Below, piece after piece: positions 23,979-35,859 of a DNA stretch of 64,000 nt. This DNA comes from TPA_inf: Saccharomyces (Eukaryota), in the NCBI GenBank assembly GCA_000146045.2, contig BK006942.2, forward strand, positions 64,001 to 128,000, read 5' to 3'. Both the position numbers and the translations under genes were made by a program. Under the pieces are notes generated by a model. The model saw only the letters and a list, made by a program, of their open reading frames with translations, made no database searches and was not told the DNA's origin. The stretch's first letter is position 1; each line of letters opens with the position of its first letter.

Positions 23979-24716
23979 TTAAAACAAAGATCCAAAAATG
24001 CTCTCGCCCTCTTCATATTGAGAATACACTCCATTCAAAATTTTGTCGTCACCGCTGATTAATTTTTCACTAAACTGATGAATAATCAAAGGCCCCACGT
24101 CAGAACCGACTAAAGAAGTGAGTTTTATTTTAGGAGGTTGAAAACCATTATTGTCTGGTAAATTTTCATCTTCTTGACATTTAACCCAGTTTGAATCCCT
24201 TTCAATTTCTGCTTTTTCCTCCAAACTATCGACCCTCCTGTTTCTGTCCAACTTATGTCCTAGTTCCAATTCGATCGCATTAATAACTGCTTCAAATGTT
24301 ATTGTGTCATCGTTGACTTTAGGTAATTTCTCCAAATGCATAATCAAACTATTTAAGGAAGATCGGAATTCGTCGAACACTTCAGTTTCCGTAATGATCT
24401 GATCGTCTTTATCCACATGTTGTAATTCACTAAAATCTAAAACGTATTTTTCAATGCATAAATCGTTCTTTTTATTAATAATGCAGATGGAAAATCTGTA
24501 AACGTGCGTTAATTTAGAAAGAACATCCAGTATAAGTTCTTCTATATAGTCAATTAAAGCAGGATGCCTATTAATGGGAACGAACTGCGGCAAGTTGAAT
24601 GACTGGTAAGTAGTGTAGTCGAATGACTGAGGTGGGTATACATTTCTATAAAATAAAATCAAATTAATGTAGCATTTTAAGTATACCCTCAGCCACTTCT
24701 CTACCCATCTATTCAT
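23979..24716 (-). CDS. REV7: DNA polymerase zeta accessory subunit Rev7 (HORMA domain), 245 aa
   Basis: ATG at 24716 (MNRWVEKWLRVYLKCYINLILFYRNVYPPQSF...), a HORMA-like N-terminus. 245 aa. Position between AXL2 and TPM2. Confidence 0.9.
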   Translation of the reverse strand: MNRWVEKWLRVYLKCYINLILFYRNVYPPQSFDYTTYQSFNLPQFVPINRHPALIDYIEELILDVLSKLTHVYRFSICIINKKNDLCIEKYVLDFSELQHVDKDDQIITETEVFDEFRSSLNSLIMHLEKLPKVNDDTITFEAVINAIELELGHKLDRNRRVDSLEEKAEIERDSNWVKCQEDENLPDNNGFQPPKIKLTSLVGSDVGPLIIHQFSEKLISGDDKILNGVYSQYEEGESIFGSLF

Positions 24717-25229
24717 AAAGCTGACGCAACGATTACTATTTTTTTTTTCTTCTTGGATCTCAGTCGTCGCAAAAACGTATACCTTCTTTTTCCGACCTTT
24801 TTTTTAGCTTTCTGGAAAAGTTTATATTAGTTAAACAGGGTCTAGTCTTAGTGTGAAAGCTAGTGGTTTCGATTGACTGATATTAAGAAAGTGGAAATTA
24901 AATTAGTAGTGTAGACGTATATGCATATGTATTTCTCGCCTGTTTATGTTTCTACGTACTTTTGATTTATAGCAAGGGGAAAAGAAATACATACTATTTT
25001 TTGGTAAAGGTGAAAGCATAATGTAAAAGCTAGAATAAAATGGACGAAATAAAGAGAGGCTTAGTTCATCTTTTTTCCAAAAAGCACCCAATGATAATAA
25101 CTAAAATGAAAAGGATTTGCCATCTGTCAGCAACATCAGTTGTGTGAGCAATAATAAAATCATCACCTCCGTTGCCTTTAGCGCGTTTGTCGTTTGTATC
25201 TTCCGTAATTTTAGTCTTATCAATGGGAA

Positions 25230-25715
25230 TCATAAATTTTCCAATGAATTAGCAATTTCGTCCAATTCTTTTTGAGCTTCTTCATATTTGCTTTGGAATT
25301 CTTCGCACTTCTTTTCCCATTCATCTCTTTCTTCTTCCAAAGCAACGATCCTTCTACCCATTTGCTCAGAGTTCAAATCGGCCTCTTTCAGTTTATCCAT
25401 TGCTTCCTTCAGTTTGGCTTCACTGTCTTCTAGCTGTTGTTCTAGATCCTGGTTTTTCTTGGTGTAGTTCTCATTATTAGATCTCAAGTTATTGGAGTCT
25501 TCAGCCAATTGCTTTGTATCAGACAATTGACTCTCTAACTTCTCCACTTCACTGTCGAGTTGCTCGTTTTTAGCGGACAAAGATTTAATCTCGTTTTCTT
25601 TTTCAGTGTTAGATTGCTCTAATTCTTTGAGCTGTTCTCTCAGCTCCTCATATTTTTCTTGCCATGACTCAGATTCTAATTTTAAGCTATTCAATTTCTC
25701 TTTGATCTTCTCCAT
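25230..25715 (-). CDS. TPM2: Tropomyosin 2 (161 aa coiled coil)
   Basis: ATG at 25715 (MEKIKEKLNSLKLESESWQEKYEELREQLKELE...). Continuous heptad coiled coil. 161 aa. Confidence 0.93.
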   Translation of the reverse strand: MEKIKEKLNSLKLESESWQEKYEELREQLKELEQSNTEKENEIKSLSAKNEQLDSEVEKLESQLSDTKQLAEDSNNLRSNNENYTKKNQDLEQQLEDSEAKLKEAMDKLKEADLNSEQMGRRIVALEEERDEWEKKCEEFQSKYEEAQKELDEIANSLENL

Positions 25716-25947
25716 TTTGCTAATTGCTATTTTAGATGCTTTCTCAACCTCATGAGAAAAAAATTACTAGATTAATATTCCTTATGTTTACATTCTTTTA
25801 TACCAACCTATTATTGTTGAATCTACAGGTTTTTCGTAGTATATGACAATAATAACTCGAATTCTGCTAAGAGAACATCGTTTATAGTACTATTTTAGAA
25901 GACTACTAAATCTACGTACGATAGTGTGTTGAAATACTTGTAAAAAA

Positions 25948-28788
25948 TCAGACCAAGGAGGCCAAGTCTCTTCTTATAGTCTTTCTGGACTCTTCATCTT
26001 GCTGGACAGAGGCCCAGATGTCGTCCAAAGATAACAAGCTTTGACCCAACTTCTCTTTCTCCAAATTAATAAACTTTTCTATCTTCTGTGGCTCGTCTGC
26101 TACAAACATTTGAAAGATTATCAGGGAAATACTCCTTAACGCCTTGTGTAGATGATCCCCCGTGGTGGTACCTTTCCTTGTAGCCTTCCGTGCCCATTGG
26201 TCAAAATTGCCCATATACCACTCCCAGATCGTTTCACGAACGACTTGGTCTTGAGGTTTCTCGTTTTTGTTCAGCCTCTTCTTAAAGTTGTAATTAAATC
26301 CGAATAATGCCAGTTCCATCCCCTCTGACTCAATATTGGAAGTGATAAAATTCAAAGTTTTTTTCACGATATCAGAATCTAAACAGAATCCAAGAGATTC
26401 TATTGCACCGTTTTGAATCAACATGGCGGTTTCGCTACTGTTTTGGTCATACATATTAATGACATGGTTTGTGATACCAGTACAGGAACTGCGTTTCACC
26501 AAATCGAATATTTTCTTCCACTGCTTGATGTTTGCACAATGTTGCGATACGACGACAAGGATTGAGTTCACTAATTCTAACGGTACGCTCGAACGTGGGC
26601 CCTGTAATAGATGTTTAAAATAAATTTGACACAATTCAGCACATTTTGCGGAGTTTTTATTTAAAAACAAGACTTGAGACATGACTTTCAACTCGTGAGG
26701 GTTTGTGCTTTTATCAAATTCACCGTGGGGCCAATCAATCTTATTGAAAAGGGGAATGACAATTTTTTTCTTTAAGAAAGATTGTAATTTAGAGCTCGTT
26801 AAACTGGCACGATCGATCGTTTGCAGAACTTCCAACCCCTTGGAAAGAGGATCCCAATATTTTGATGCAATCTTTGTGGAAGGAGAAGCGATATGGTTTA
26901 GTATCTTAAAGAGACCGTGCAAATGAATAGAATTCTGGAAACCCTCATCTCCAATAAACTGCGACAAGTCTAAGAAAATCTTCCGAAGGTCAATCTCGGA
27001 TAACGTCTCCTCAGTTATTTTATCATTAATCAATGCATAGCACTCTTCGGACTCATATGAAACGCGGTAATAACCTTGGGCTAAATGGTTAATTACTAAG
27101 ATAGGATAATCGAACTTTAAGGTCCTATCCGTCAATAGTACATTTTTAGTATCCATTTTACCATCTGGCAGAACCCCGAATAAGGGTACCTGATATGGGA
27201 CATCTTCTAACTGATCCTTTTCTTCAGTAGATAATTGATTGATAAATCTGTGTTGAGTCAATTTTGTTTGCGTTTTCCCGTCTTTCTCTTCTACTTCGAC
27301 CTTAACGACAGGTAAGCCTGGCGTTCTTGTCCAAGATGAAACAAAGTTTGTAATATTTTGAGACTTCAAAAATTTTCCGATATGATTCCATATATCCATT
27401 GGTTTGACGCTTCTCGCATGAAATGTTTTAGTATCTTCAAATACACTTTCCAGGCCCTTTTGTAGATGAGATTCGCCTGTAGCCAATTGCAGGGACCTCA
27501 GCATGATAATACCCTTTGTGTATGCCTCAGGATCAAAAATATCGGAGGTTTGAGAATCTATGCCAGTGTTCCGTTGCGCAATCTGAAATATGCTTCTTCC
27601 ATTAACGTCAGCTGCATCTCTGCACATGGTCGGCTCCACTTGCTGTAGTAAATAAGGTTCCGAGGTCCAATAATGGGATAGGTCACCATTCTGTTCTAGT
27701 ATGTGGCAAGCTAACCAAGTAGCGAAAGACTCATTAAACCAAAGAGATTCCCACGAGTCAAAAGATATGTAGTTGCCCATCCATTGATGAACGAGTTCGT
27801 GGACAATGAGTTGCTGTGCTTGCTCTCTGACGGTTTCATTGGCCAAGGCATTTGGTGGTATGAGCAGGTGGTTTAGTTGGATGGTGATCATACCAAAGTT
27901 CTCCATTGCCATGTCACTTAAATATGGTAGTAGGACGAAATCTAACTTTGGCAGAGGGTATGGACATTTAAAATAGGATTCCAACAAAGGTAGATATTTC
28001 TGGACTGTATCTAAAGTGAAAGCTGCATTAGCAATATCCCAAGGTGCATAAATTGAAACGGGAATAGTCCTATCACCTTCCAACTTGATTTCCGTTTTCA
28101 AAAATTCTAAATCACCAATAGAAAAACCAAATACGGAAGTAGTCATCAAAGGTGTCTTGGCAAATTTCACCAAATGTTTTTGAGAACTATCCAAAGCTTC
28201 GACCATCTCTACAGGAGTATTGGAAACGGCTTTATATTGTGCATCCGTTGCAATGTTCAATTGAAAAGTGGACTTGTTTGAAGGCTCGTCAATACATGGG
28301 AAAATATTGCTAGCGGAAAACGGTTGGCAGTGAGTAGCAACGACGTGATTATTGGCAGTACCGGTTTTACGATCCATAAAATTGGTTTTGAAAATACCAA
28401 AAGTCTTATCATGATGTGTTTTTATGTCACGAATTTTACCCACGTATTGCACGGACAAAATCAGAGGGCAATCGTTGGACAATTGAATAGGAGATTCAGA
28501 GTTGAAAATCGACAAATGCTTTCCAGTGTCCTGAGAAATTTTTAGATCAAACTTAGTAGACCCTATGGTGGCATGTGCAGACAACACAATCAAATCCTTG
28601 GAATGTAACTTGAACTGGGTAAAACTGTCTTCGATAGAAGCTAAGGTGGTGGAGTTCGGATTGAATTTCAAATGGATTATGGCGGATCCTTTGAAATTGG
28701 GCGACGACTGCTTAGGGTCAATTTCTAGACGCAACTCATAGTGACTAGGCACCACCGGATTCTCTAAAGATAACAAATTATCAGACAT
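25948..28788 (-). CDS. TMA108: Ribosome-associated M1-family metallopeptidase-like protein (946 aa)
   Basis: ATG at 28788. M1 aminopeptidase exopeptidase motif MAMEN (DMAMENFGM), zinc motif HELVHQW followed by WFNESFATW. 946 aa. Confidence 0.9.
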   Translation of the reverse strand: MSDNLLSLENPVVPSHYELRLEIDPKQSSPNFKGSAIIHLKFNPNSTTLASIEDSFTQFKLHSKDLIVLSAHATIGSTKFDLKISQDTGKHLSIFNSESPIQLSNDCPLILSVQYVGKIRDIKTHHDKTFGIFKTNFMDRKTGTANNHVVATHCQPFSASNIFPCIDEPSNKSTFQLNIATDAQYKAVSNTPVEMVEALDSSQKHLVKFAKTPLMTTSVFGFSIGDLEFLKTEIKLEGDRTIPVSIYAPWDIANAAFTLDTVQKYLPLLESYFKCPYPLPKLDFVLLPYLSDMAMENFGMITIQLNHLLIPPNALANETVREQAQQLIVHELVHQWMGNYISFDSWESLWFNESFATWLACHILEQNGDLSHYWTSEPYLLQQVEPTMCRDAADVNGRSIFQIAQRNTGIDSQTSDIFDPEAYTKGIIMLRSLQLATGESHLQKGLESVFEDTKTFHARSVKPMDIWNHIGKFLKSQNITNFVSSWTRTPGLPVVKVEVEEKDGKTQTKLTQHRFINQLSTEEKDQLEDVPYQVPLFGVLPDGKMDTKNVLLTDRTLKFDYPILVINHLAQGYYRVSYESEECYALINDKITEETLSEIDLRKIFLDLSQFIGDEGFQNSIHLHGLFKILNHIASPSTKIASKYWDPLSKGLEVLQTIDRASLTSSKLQSFLKKKIVIPLFNKIDWPHGEFDKSTNPHELKVMSQVLFLNKNSAKCAELCQIYFKHLLQGPRSSVPLELVNSILVVVSQHCANIKQWKKIFDLVKRSSCTGITNHVINMYDQNSSETAMLIQNGAIESLGFCLDSDIVKKTLNFITSNIESEGMELALFGFNYNFKKRLNKNEKPQDQVVRETIWEWYMGNFDQWARKATRKGTTTGDHLHKALRSISLIIFQMFVADEPQKIEKFINLEKEKLGQSLLSLDDIWASVQQDEESRKTIRRDLASLV

Positions 28789-28998
28789 GATGGTTAGTGA
28801 TGATCAACCTGGCGTTATATATCCTTTACACGTCTTCGGACCTTTTTTTTGTATAGCACATCCAGGAATGGTTTGACTGCAAAACTCGTTTTTCACTGAA
28901 AAATTACCGGCGAATTGTATAATAGAAAGGATCGATTTATACTAAAGAAAAGAAGGATTAATATACAAGACTACAACCAAGGGTGGTACCTCACTTGA

Positions 28999-29515
28999 AG
29001 GGGGTTCTCAAAGTACTCGAGAATTTTGATATTCTGTCCTGTGTGTGCTGAGCCGTTCCAGCCAGTCTTGTTCCAGAAATATGTTGACAAAATTGAAGTT
29101 CGTAAATATATATACATTTCATATAATAATTGACAAGCTGATACATACGGTGTGCGGACGGTTACATTAATGCAGGAATCTATAAATGCTATGGCCAGCT
29201 GGCGTCCTTCTGTTATGCAGATTTCTTAAAATAATTGGCATATTGGTGGTAAACATGAAATGTGAAGACGTTGCCCCTCGTCATAGGTAAGCGGTGGTCA
29301 TCACAACCATCAGCGGTGACAATAACACAGCAAACAGTCTTGTTTGACTCTCCTGCCTGCATGGTGTTTGAAAGTGAATCGTCAGGATTTGCAACAACCA
29401 ATAGTGTACTGCTATTCGCAGGAGCACAAGCTCGCCGGTGGCCCGTGTGGGTTAAGGGAGGAGTTTGTTGACCCTTATTTTGTCGAGTTCCTTGAAGAGG
29501 AGTATATATAAGGGG
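28999..29515 (+). promoter_or_regulatory. OM45 promoter: STRE elements (AGGGG at 28999..29003, CCCCT at 29274..29278, AGGGG at 29511..29515) and TATA box TATATATAA at 29504..29512
   Basis: Msn2/4-type STRE cores, and a consensus TATA ~107 bp upstream of the OM45 ATG. OM45 is a TATA-containing stress/diauxic-shift induced gene. Confidence 0.5.
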
Positions 29516-29618
29516 AAACGGTTCTTGCTAAAGTCCTGCTTCTTTGCCCTTTCTTGAAATAAAGGGTATTTTTGATTGGCCAGTAACGTTAATCATTTAA
29601 TAAAACAAGCAGATAAGG

Positions 29619-30800
29619 ATGTCATCAAGAATAATTGTCGGCAGTGCAGCATTGGCAGCTGCCATCACAGCTAGCATCATGGTCAGAGAACAGAAGGCCA
29701 AGGGTCAGAGAAGAGAGGGCAACGTCTCCGCTTACTACAACGGCCAGGAGTACGGCAGTTCAGCACCCCCACAGTTGGGAAAGCTACATAACATAAAGCA
29801 AGGCATAAAGGAAGATGCCTTGTCGTTAAAAGACGCGCTTCTGGGCGTATCTCAAAAGGCTAGGGAAGAGGCTCCAAAGGTAACTAAGCGTGTGATATCA
29901 CCGGAAGAGGATGCTCAGACACGCAAGCAGCTAGGCCAAAAAGCCAAGGATTCTTCCTCGCAAAGCATCTTCAATTGGGGGTTTAGTGAGGCTGAAAGAA
30001 GGAAAGCCATAGCCATCGGGGAATTTGATACTGCTAAGAAGCGTTTCGAAGAGGCAGTGGATCGTAATGAGAAGGAGCTCTTGTCCACGGTGATGAGAGA
30101 GAAGAAGGCCGCTCTGGACAGAGCATCCATTGAGTACGAAAGGTACGGGAGAGCCAGAGACTTTAATGAGCTTTCGGACAAGCTAGACCAACAGGAAAGG
30201 AACAGTAATCCTTTGAAACGCCTGTTGAAGAATAACACGGGTGACGCTAATACTGAAGAAGCCGCTGCAAGAAGTGTCCAAGGCTGGGGTGATACGGCAC
30301 AGGAGTTTGGTAGAGAAGAGTTGGAGGAAGCCAAGAGAAATGCTTCTTCAGAGCCAAGCGAGGCGCAAAAACGTCTTGACGAGCTGAAGAAGATCAAGGA
30401 AAAGGGCTGGTTTGGTTACAACAAAGGGGAGCAAAGCGAGCAACAGATTGCTGAACGGGTAGCCAGAGGTTTAGAAGGATGGGGTGAAACAGCCGCTCAA
30501 CTTTCCAAGGACGAAATGGACGATTTAAGATGGAATTATGAGAATTCAAAGAAACAACTGGATAAGAACGTGTCCGATGCCATGGACTCGTTATCTAAGG
30601 CGAAGGAGGACTTGAAACAGTACGGCAGCCACTGGTGGTCTGGATGGACTTCCAAGGTCGACAATGACAAGCAGGCTTTAAAAGATGAGGCCCAAAAGAA
30701 GTACGATGAAGCGTTGAAAAAGTACGATGAAGCCAAGAACAAATTCAAAGAATGGAATGATAAGGGTGATGGTAAATTCTGGAGCTCGAAAAAGGACTAG
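29619..30800 (+). CDS. OM45: Mitochondrial outer membrane protein OM45 (393 aa)
   Basis: ATG at 29619 ([34 protein letters not shown]...). N-terminal membrane anchor followed by a charged, repetitive alpha-helical body. 393 aa. Confidence 0.93.
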
Positions 30801-31064
30801 TTAGATAGCTAATTGTAAAGGGTTGGTTCCCGCATAACATATATACATATTCACATGTTTCTCATTTTTTATATTTGAAATCACATATGGTCTTTGCTGA
30901 TTATGGATTGGAAAACGGAGTAAATTAGTGGCATTATTGGGGTATACGTGCATACATAAAATACCGTTATATATCTATATATATGGAAAAAAGAGACTTA
31001 AATGAATTTTTAGAGTAGGAGAAGAAGGTTGAAGAAATGAACAATCGCGGCCCTTCAGTTTTCT

Positions 31065-32375
31065 TTATTTGGTTGTGTCTGGATTCATAGAGGTTATTGT
31101 AGAGTTTGAATTTGATTTTGAACTTGGATTCGAGTTTGTGAACGCAGGGCTATTTTTGATGTTATTATTAATAGTATTCTTGTGTTTATTAGTATTATTG
31201 TGATTATCGTTAACCATGTTGGCAATTGATGGTGGTTGTGCCAGTTGTGACTGCAATTTTTGCTTTAGATTGAGTTTATCTCTTTCAATCATAGTGTTGT
31301 CCTCCTCTTCGGAAGAAAACCCTTCACTGCCACTGGATTCCATATGGAATTTGGATTTAGGTTTCCCGATCATAATGTTGGCAGCACTGCCGGGCCTATT
31401 GCTGTTTCTTCTTGAACGGGCGCTCCCTGAAGGTGACCTTTGTTGTTTAAGTAAGTACTGTTGGTTCGATGGCGATCTTGATAGTGCGGCCCCCGTAGTG
31501 CTTCCAGCGCTGGTTCCCCCATTGGCATTGTTGATCGTTGTGTTAGAGTAACGTCTAGATATGATGAAAGGGTTGGTGAAGTTCATATGCTGAGGTGGTG
31601 ATGCCGAAGCTGATGGGGGGGAAGGCAAATGAGAAGGAGAATTCAAAAGGGACGACGAGAACGAGTAGTGACCTTGCATTGGGGGTCTTCTCAAGGGGTT
31701 CGCAGTTGATGATGTTGATGTCGCATTACTAACGTTGTTATTGTTGTCATCGGACAACATGTCAGCGTAGGAATAAAACCTTAGTAGTCTTGAACCATGG
31801 TCGTTGGGAGATCTTGGATGCGCAGGCGACGTTTCGTTATCAAAAGATTGTGACGAAAGACTTCTTGTCCTACCTAGGGCTCTATCCAGGCCGATGGTAG
31901 ATGGCCTTCTCGAATAAACCATATCAACGTCATCAAGGCCAGTCGTGTCGTCAGTTACAATAGAACAGCCAGCGTCTAATGCAGGAGGGACGAAATTCTC
32001 TAAGGTACGACGGTGATCCAGTGGAGTCTGCACAACAAAATCCGGATTGTATGTCTGGTACGATGCTATTGACTCATTAGTCCTAGAAGGTTGCAAATGT
32101 AGATTCACAGCAGACGATCTCTGGCTTAAGTTATGGAAGTTCCTATTACTAGAATTATTATGATTGAACAAACTGGTCCTGCTGCTCTGCCTAGAGAGAG
32201 AGTTTGCAGCGTTGTTTGACACCGTTTTATAAAGGTATGATGGGTCCTCTACATTTCTTTCAAAAATCATAGAACTCTCGCTCATGGAGGGGGAAGGTGG
32301 CATATAATTATTGTCGTTCTCCCTCTGTGCCGCCACGTGGGAGTCGTGGTCTTGGTTGTGGTTGCTGGTATCCAT
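31065..32375 (-). CDS. VHS2: Ser/Asn-rich low-complexity regulator (G1/S suppressor family), 436 aa
   Basis: ATG at 32375 (MDTSNHNQDHDSHVAAQREN...). Highly S/N/P-rich. 436 aa, position between OM45 and FLX1. Confidence 0.85.
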   Translation of the reverse strand: MDTSNHNQDHDSHVAAQRENDNNYMPPSPSMSESSMIFERNVEDPSYLYKTVSNNAANSLSRQSSRTSLFNHNNSSNRNFHNLSQRSSAVNLHLQPSRTNESIASYQTYNPDFVVQTPLDHRRTLENFVPPALDAGCSIVTDDTTGLDDVDMVYSRRPSTIGLDRALGRTRSLSSQSFDNETSPAHPRSPNDHGSRLLRFYSYADMLSDDNNNNVSNATSTSSTANPLRRPPMQGHYSFSSSLLNSPSHLPSPPSASASPPQHMNFTNPFIISRRYSNTTINNANGGTSAGSTTGAALSRSPSNQQYLLKQQRSPSGSARSRRNSNRPGSAANIMIGKPKSKFHMESSGSEGFSSEEEDNTMIERDKLNLKQKLQSQLAQPPSIANMVNDNHNNTNKHKNTINNNIKNSPAFTNSNPSSKSNSNSTITSMNPDTTK

Positions 32376-33110
32376 CTTTGCCGTTTACGTTCGCTTTGCT
32401 TGAAGGTAGTCTATCACAAAAGCTTTCAGGATCAACCTTTTGCGCCTCAAGAAATTGCATATCACCAAAGGGTGAGTTTAGTCTGATACTGTTTGTTAAT
32501 CACCTCACGACTGTTGCAACATTAATATGGCGCACACACCGTGTTACGTGATGAAAATAAAGATAATAAAGCGATAGCATAAATAAAATACCATTTAATA
32601 CGCTTTGTAAAACAAGCACTAACAAGGCGTTGCTTAATAACAAAATAGTCAGCATTCAACAACGTGAGAAGGATAGCTACGACATCTACATCTGCAGTGT
32701 TGTTAAATTCGCTGCCAACAACCATTTATATGTCACCATACACGGTCATGCTCTCTTGCACCATTTTTCTCACCTATATAAAGTGAAAAAGTTTTCGATG
32801 TCTCTTCTTCCTTCCTAGTAAACTACACTCCATGTGTTTCTGAAAGGGACCTTCAGGAGGTTACGATCAAGTATCTTGTGACATGCAAGAACTTGATGCT
32901 TCGATGGGGGAAGTCTTATTTTCAATGTGTTGAAAAGAGTTAATTATGGAACGGTTGGTCATAGCTTTGTACAGCTCAATGTCGTCATGTTTGTAAGGAT
33001 ACAGGCGCGACTTGATCTGCGACTTACTGCTATCAAACGATAAATTATGTTTTTCTTCGTTTCCTTTTTTTTTCTTTTCAGTTTCCTTCCGTTTATTTTT
33101 TTGTTGGATT

Positions 33111-33246
33111 TATCATGATGAGCATTTATTTTACTGCGTTATCGTATTGACGGGGGCTGTTTAAGTACAGTCTGTTTTATAATCTATATTCATTTATATT
33201 TTATATTTCTTACCGAGGAAATTGACTCTTAACAGATTTGCTGAAA
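33111..33246 (+). ncRNA. SNR68: Box C/D snoRNA, probable snR68
   Basis: C box ATGATGA at 33115..33121 (4 nt from the proposed 5' end) and D box CTGA at 33241..33244 (2 nt from the 3' end). The ~136-nt spacing is typical of C/D snoRNAs. It lies in the otherwise empty 1-kb VHS2-FLX1 spacer. My recollection of the snR68 map position on chrIX matches these coordinates. No clean terminal stem is visible, which keeps confidence moderate. Confidence 0.55.
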
Positions 33247-33394
33247 GGTTCATCTTACAAAAAAATTGGAAAACTTAAACTGAAAAAAAAAAAGTGAAGG
33301 AGTACGTGAAGAGCAGTAGCTTTCATAGGAATATGTACAATATCTTGTCTTTGTACTTTGCAAAACCAGCACGCAGCAGGAAGCTCTTGATAAT

Positions 33395-34330
33395 ATGGTC
33401 GATCACCAGTGGACGCCACTGCAGAAGGAGGTTATCTCAGGTCTGTCCGCGGGATCCGTCACCACATTGGTAGTGCATCCATTAGATTTACTGAAGGTTC
33501 GTTTGCAATTATCCGCTACAAGCGCACAAAAGGCCCATTACGGCCCATTTATGGTAATCAAAGAGATTATACGTTCGTCGGCGAATAGTGGACGTAGTGT
33601 TACGAACGAACTGTATCGCGGATTAAGCATAAATTTGTTTGGAAATGCCATTGCATGGGGAGTTTATTTCGGTTTATATGGTGTCACGAAAGAATTGATA
33701 TACAAGTCAGTGGCAAAGCCAGGGGAAACACAGCTTAAAGGTGTTGGGAACGACCACAAAATGAATTCGCTTATTTATTTGTCTGCCGGTGCTTCCAGTG
33801 GGTTGATGACAGCTATCCTAACAAACCCTATCTGGGTTATAAAGACCAGGATAATGTCTACAAGTAAAGGCGCCCAAGGAGCGTACACTTCTATGTACAA
33901 CGGTGTCCAACAACTGTTACGAACTGATGGCTTCCAGGGCCTATGGAAGGGCCTTGTACCCGCACTGTTTGGTGTTTCGCAAGGTGCCTTATATTTTGCA
34001 GTTTACGATACCTTAAAGCAAAGAAAATTGCGACGGAAGAGGGAAAATGGGCTTGACATCCATTTAACAAATCTTGAAACCATTGAAATCACATCGTTGG
34101 GAAAAATGGTCTCCGTCACTTTGGTTTACCCTTTTCAATTATTGAAATCAAACTTACAAAGTTTCAGGGCCAATGAGCAAAAATTTAGGCTCTTTCCTTT
34201 GATAAAATTAATCATTGCTAATGATGGTTTTGTTGGACTTTATAAGGGCCTATCTGCAAACTTAGTACGGGCCATTCCATCCACTTGCATTACCTTTTGT
34301 GTATACGAGAACCTTAAGCATAGGCTTTAG
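33395..34330 (+). CDS. FLX1: Mitochondrial carrier-family FAD transporter (311 aa)
   Basis: ATG at 33395. Three mitochondrial-carrier repeats with Px[DE]xx[KR] signatures (PLDLLKVRLQ, PIWVIKTRIM, PFQLLKSNLQ). 311 aa. Confidence 0.93.
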   Translation: MVDHQWTPLQKEVISGLSAGSVTTLVVHPLDLLKVRLQLSATSAQKAHYGPFMVIKEIIRSSANSGRSVTNELYRGLSINLFGNAIAWGVYFGLYGVTKELIYKSVAKPGETQLKGVGNDHKMNSLIYLSAGASSGLMTAILTNPIWVIKTRIMSTSKGAQGAYTSMYNGVQQLLRTDGFQGLWKGLVPALFGVSQGALYFAVYDTLKQRKLRRKRENGLDIHLTNLETIEITSLGKMVSVTLVYPFQLLKSNLQSFRANEQKFRLFPLIKLIIANDGFVGLYKGLSANLVRAIPSTCITFCVYENLKHRL

Positions 34331-34526
34331 TAAATAAAGGCTATATGATAGATTTAATTTCTTGTAAATATCAAACGATAAAAATATAAAAAGTACGAAA
34401 GAAAAAGGGGAGGTAATCTAAACTGTAACGGGGAGGAATGGTTTCTTTGGTTTTTATTATTTCTAAAAAATATTTGTGATTATATTACAAAATGTAAAGT
34501 ATTAAAGAAAAACTATTTTTAATTTC

Positions 34527-35416
<890 letters not shown>

Positions 35417-35859
35417 TTTCTCGATTTGTTCTTCACCTTCCGTTTTCAAAGAGAAATAATATGTATAACGATAGCGTGCAATTATACAGTGTGATTACTA
35501 AATTGCTAATTTAATTATTATTACACAGCAGCCCAAGATTGAATTTCCCTGCAGTACCTACATTGACCCATTGCAATAGCATATTCTCAGGCATAAGCTC
35601 GGGGAGTGCACTACAGGTACTATTGCGCATCGGGCTTAGCCAAGGGTCTCTGTTGCCGGGCATGGATACAGAGGGAGAAGTCTAGCATCGGGGTAGTTTT
35701 CCCGGGCAGGATTTGTTCTGCATTGGCGGGCGTAGGAGCATAGCTAGGCCGAAGTATCATGAAAATAATCTCTCGGCCCGACGCAGAAAAATTTAATGTT
35801 TCATGAATAAATGTACTGGTGTTACATGGTGTACCGATGCTTTAATTGCACTTATGTAG

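Noticed and set aside
29915-30397. 160-aa ORF antisense to OM45, and a 111-aa ORF antisense to VHS2 (31216..31551).
   Set aside because: Antisense to verified genes, with low-complexity translation.
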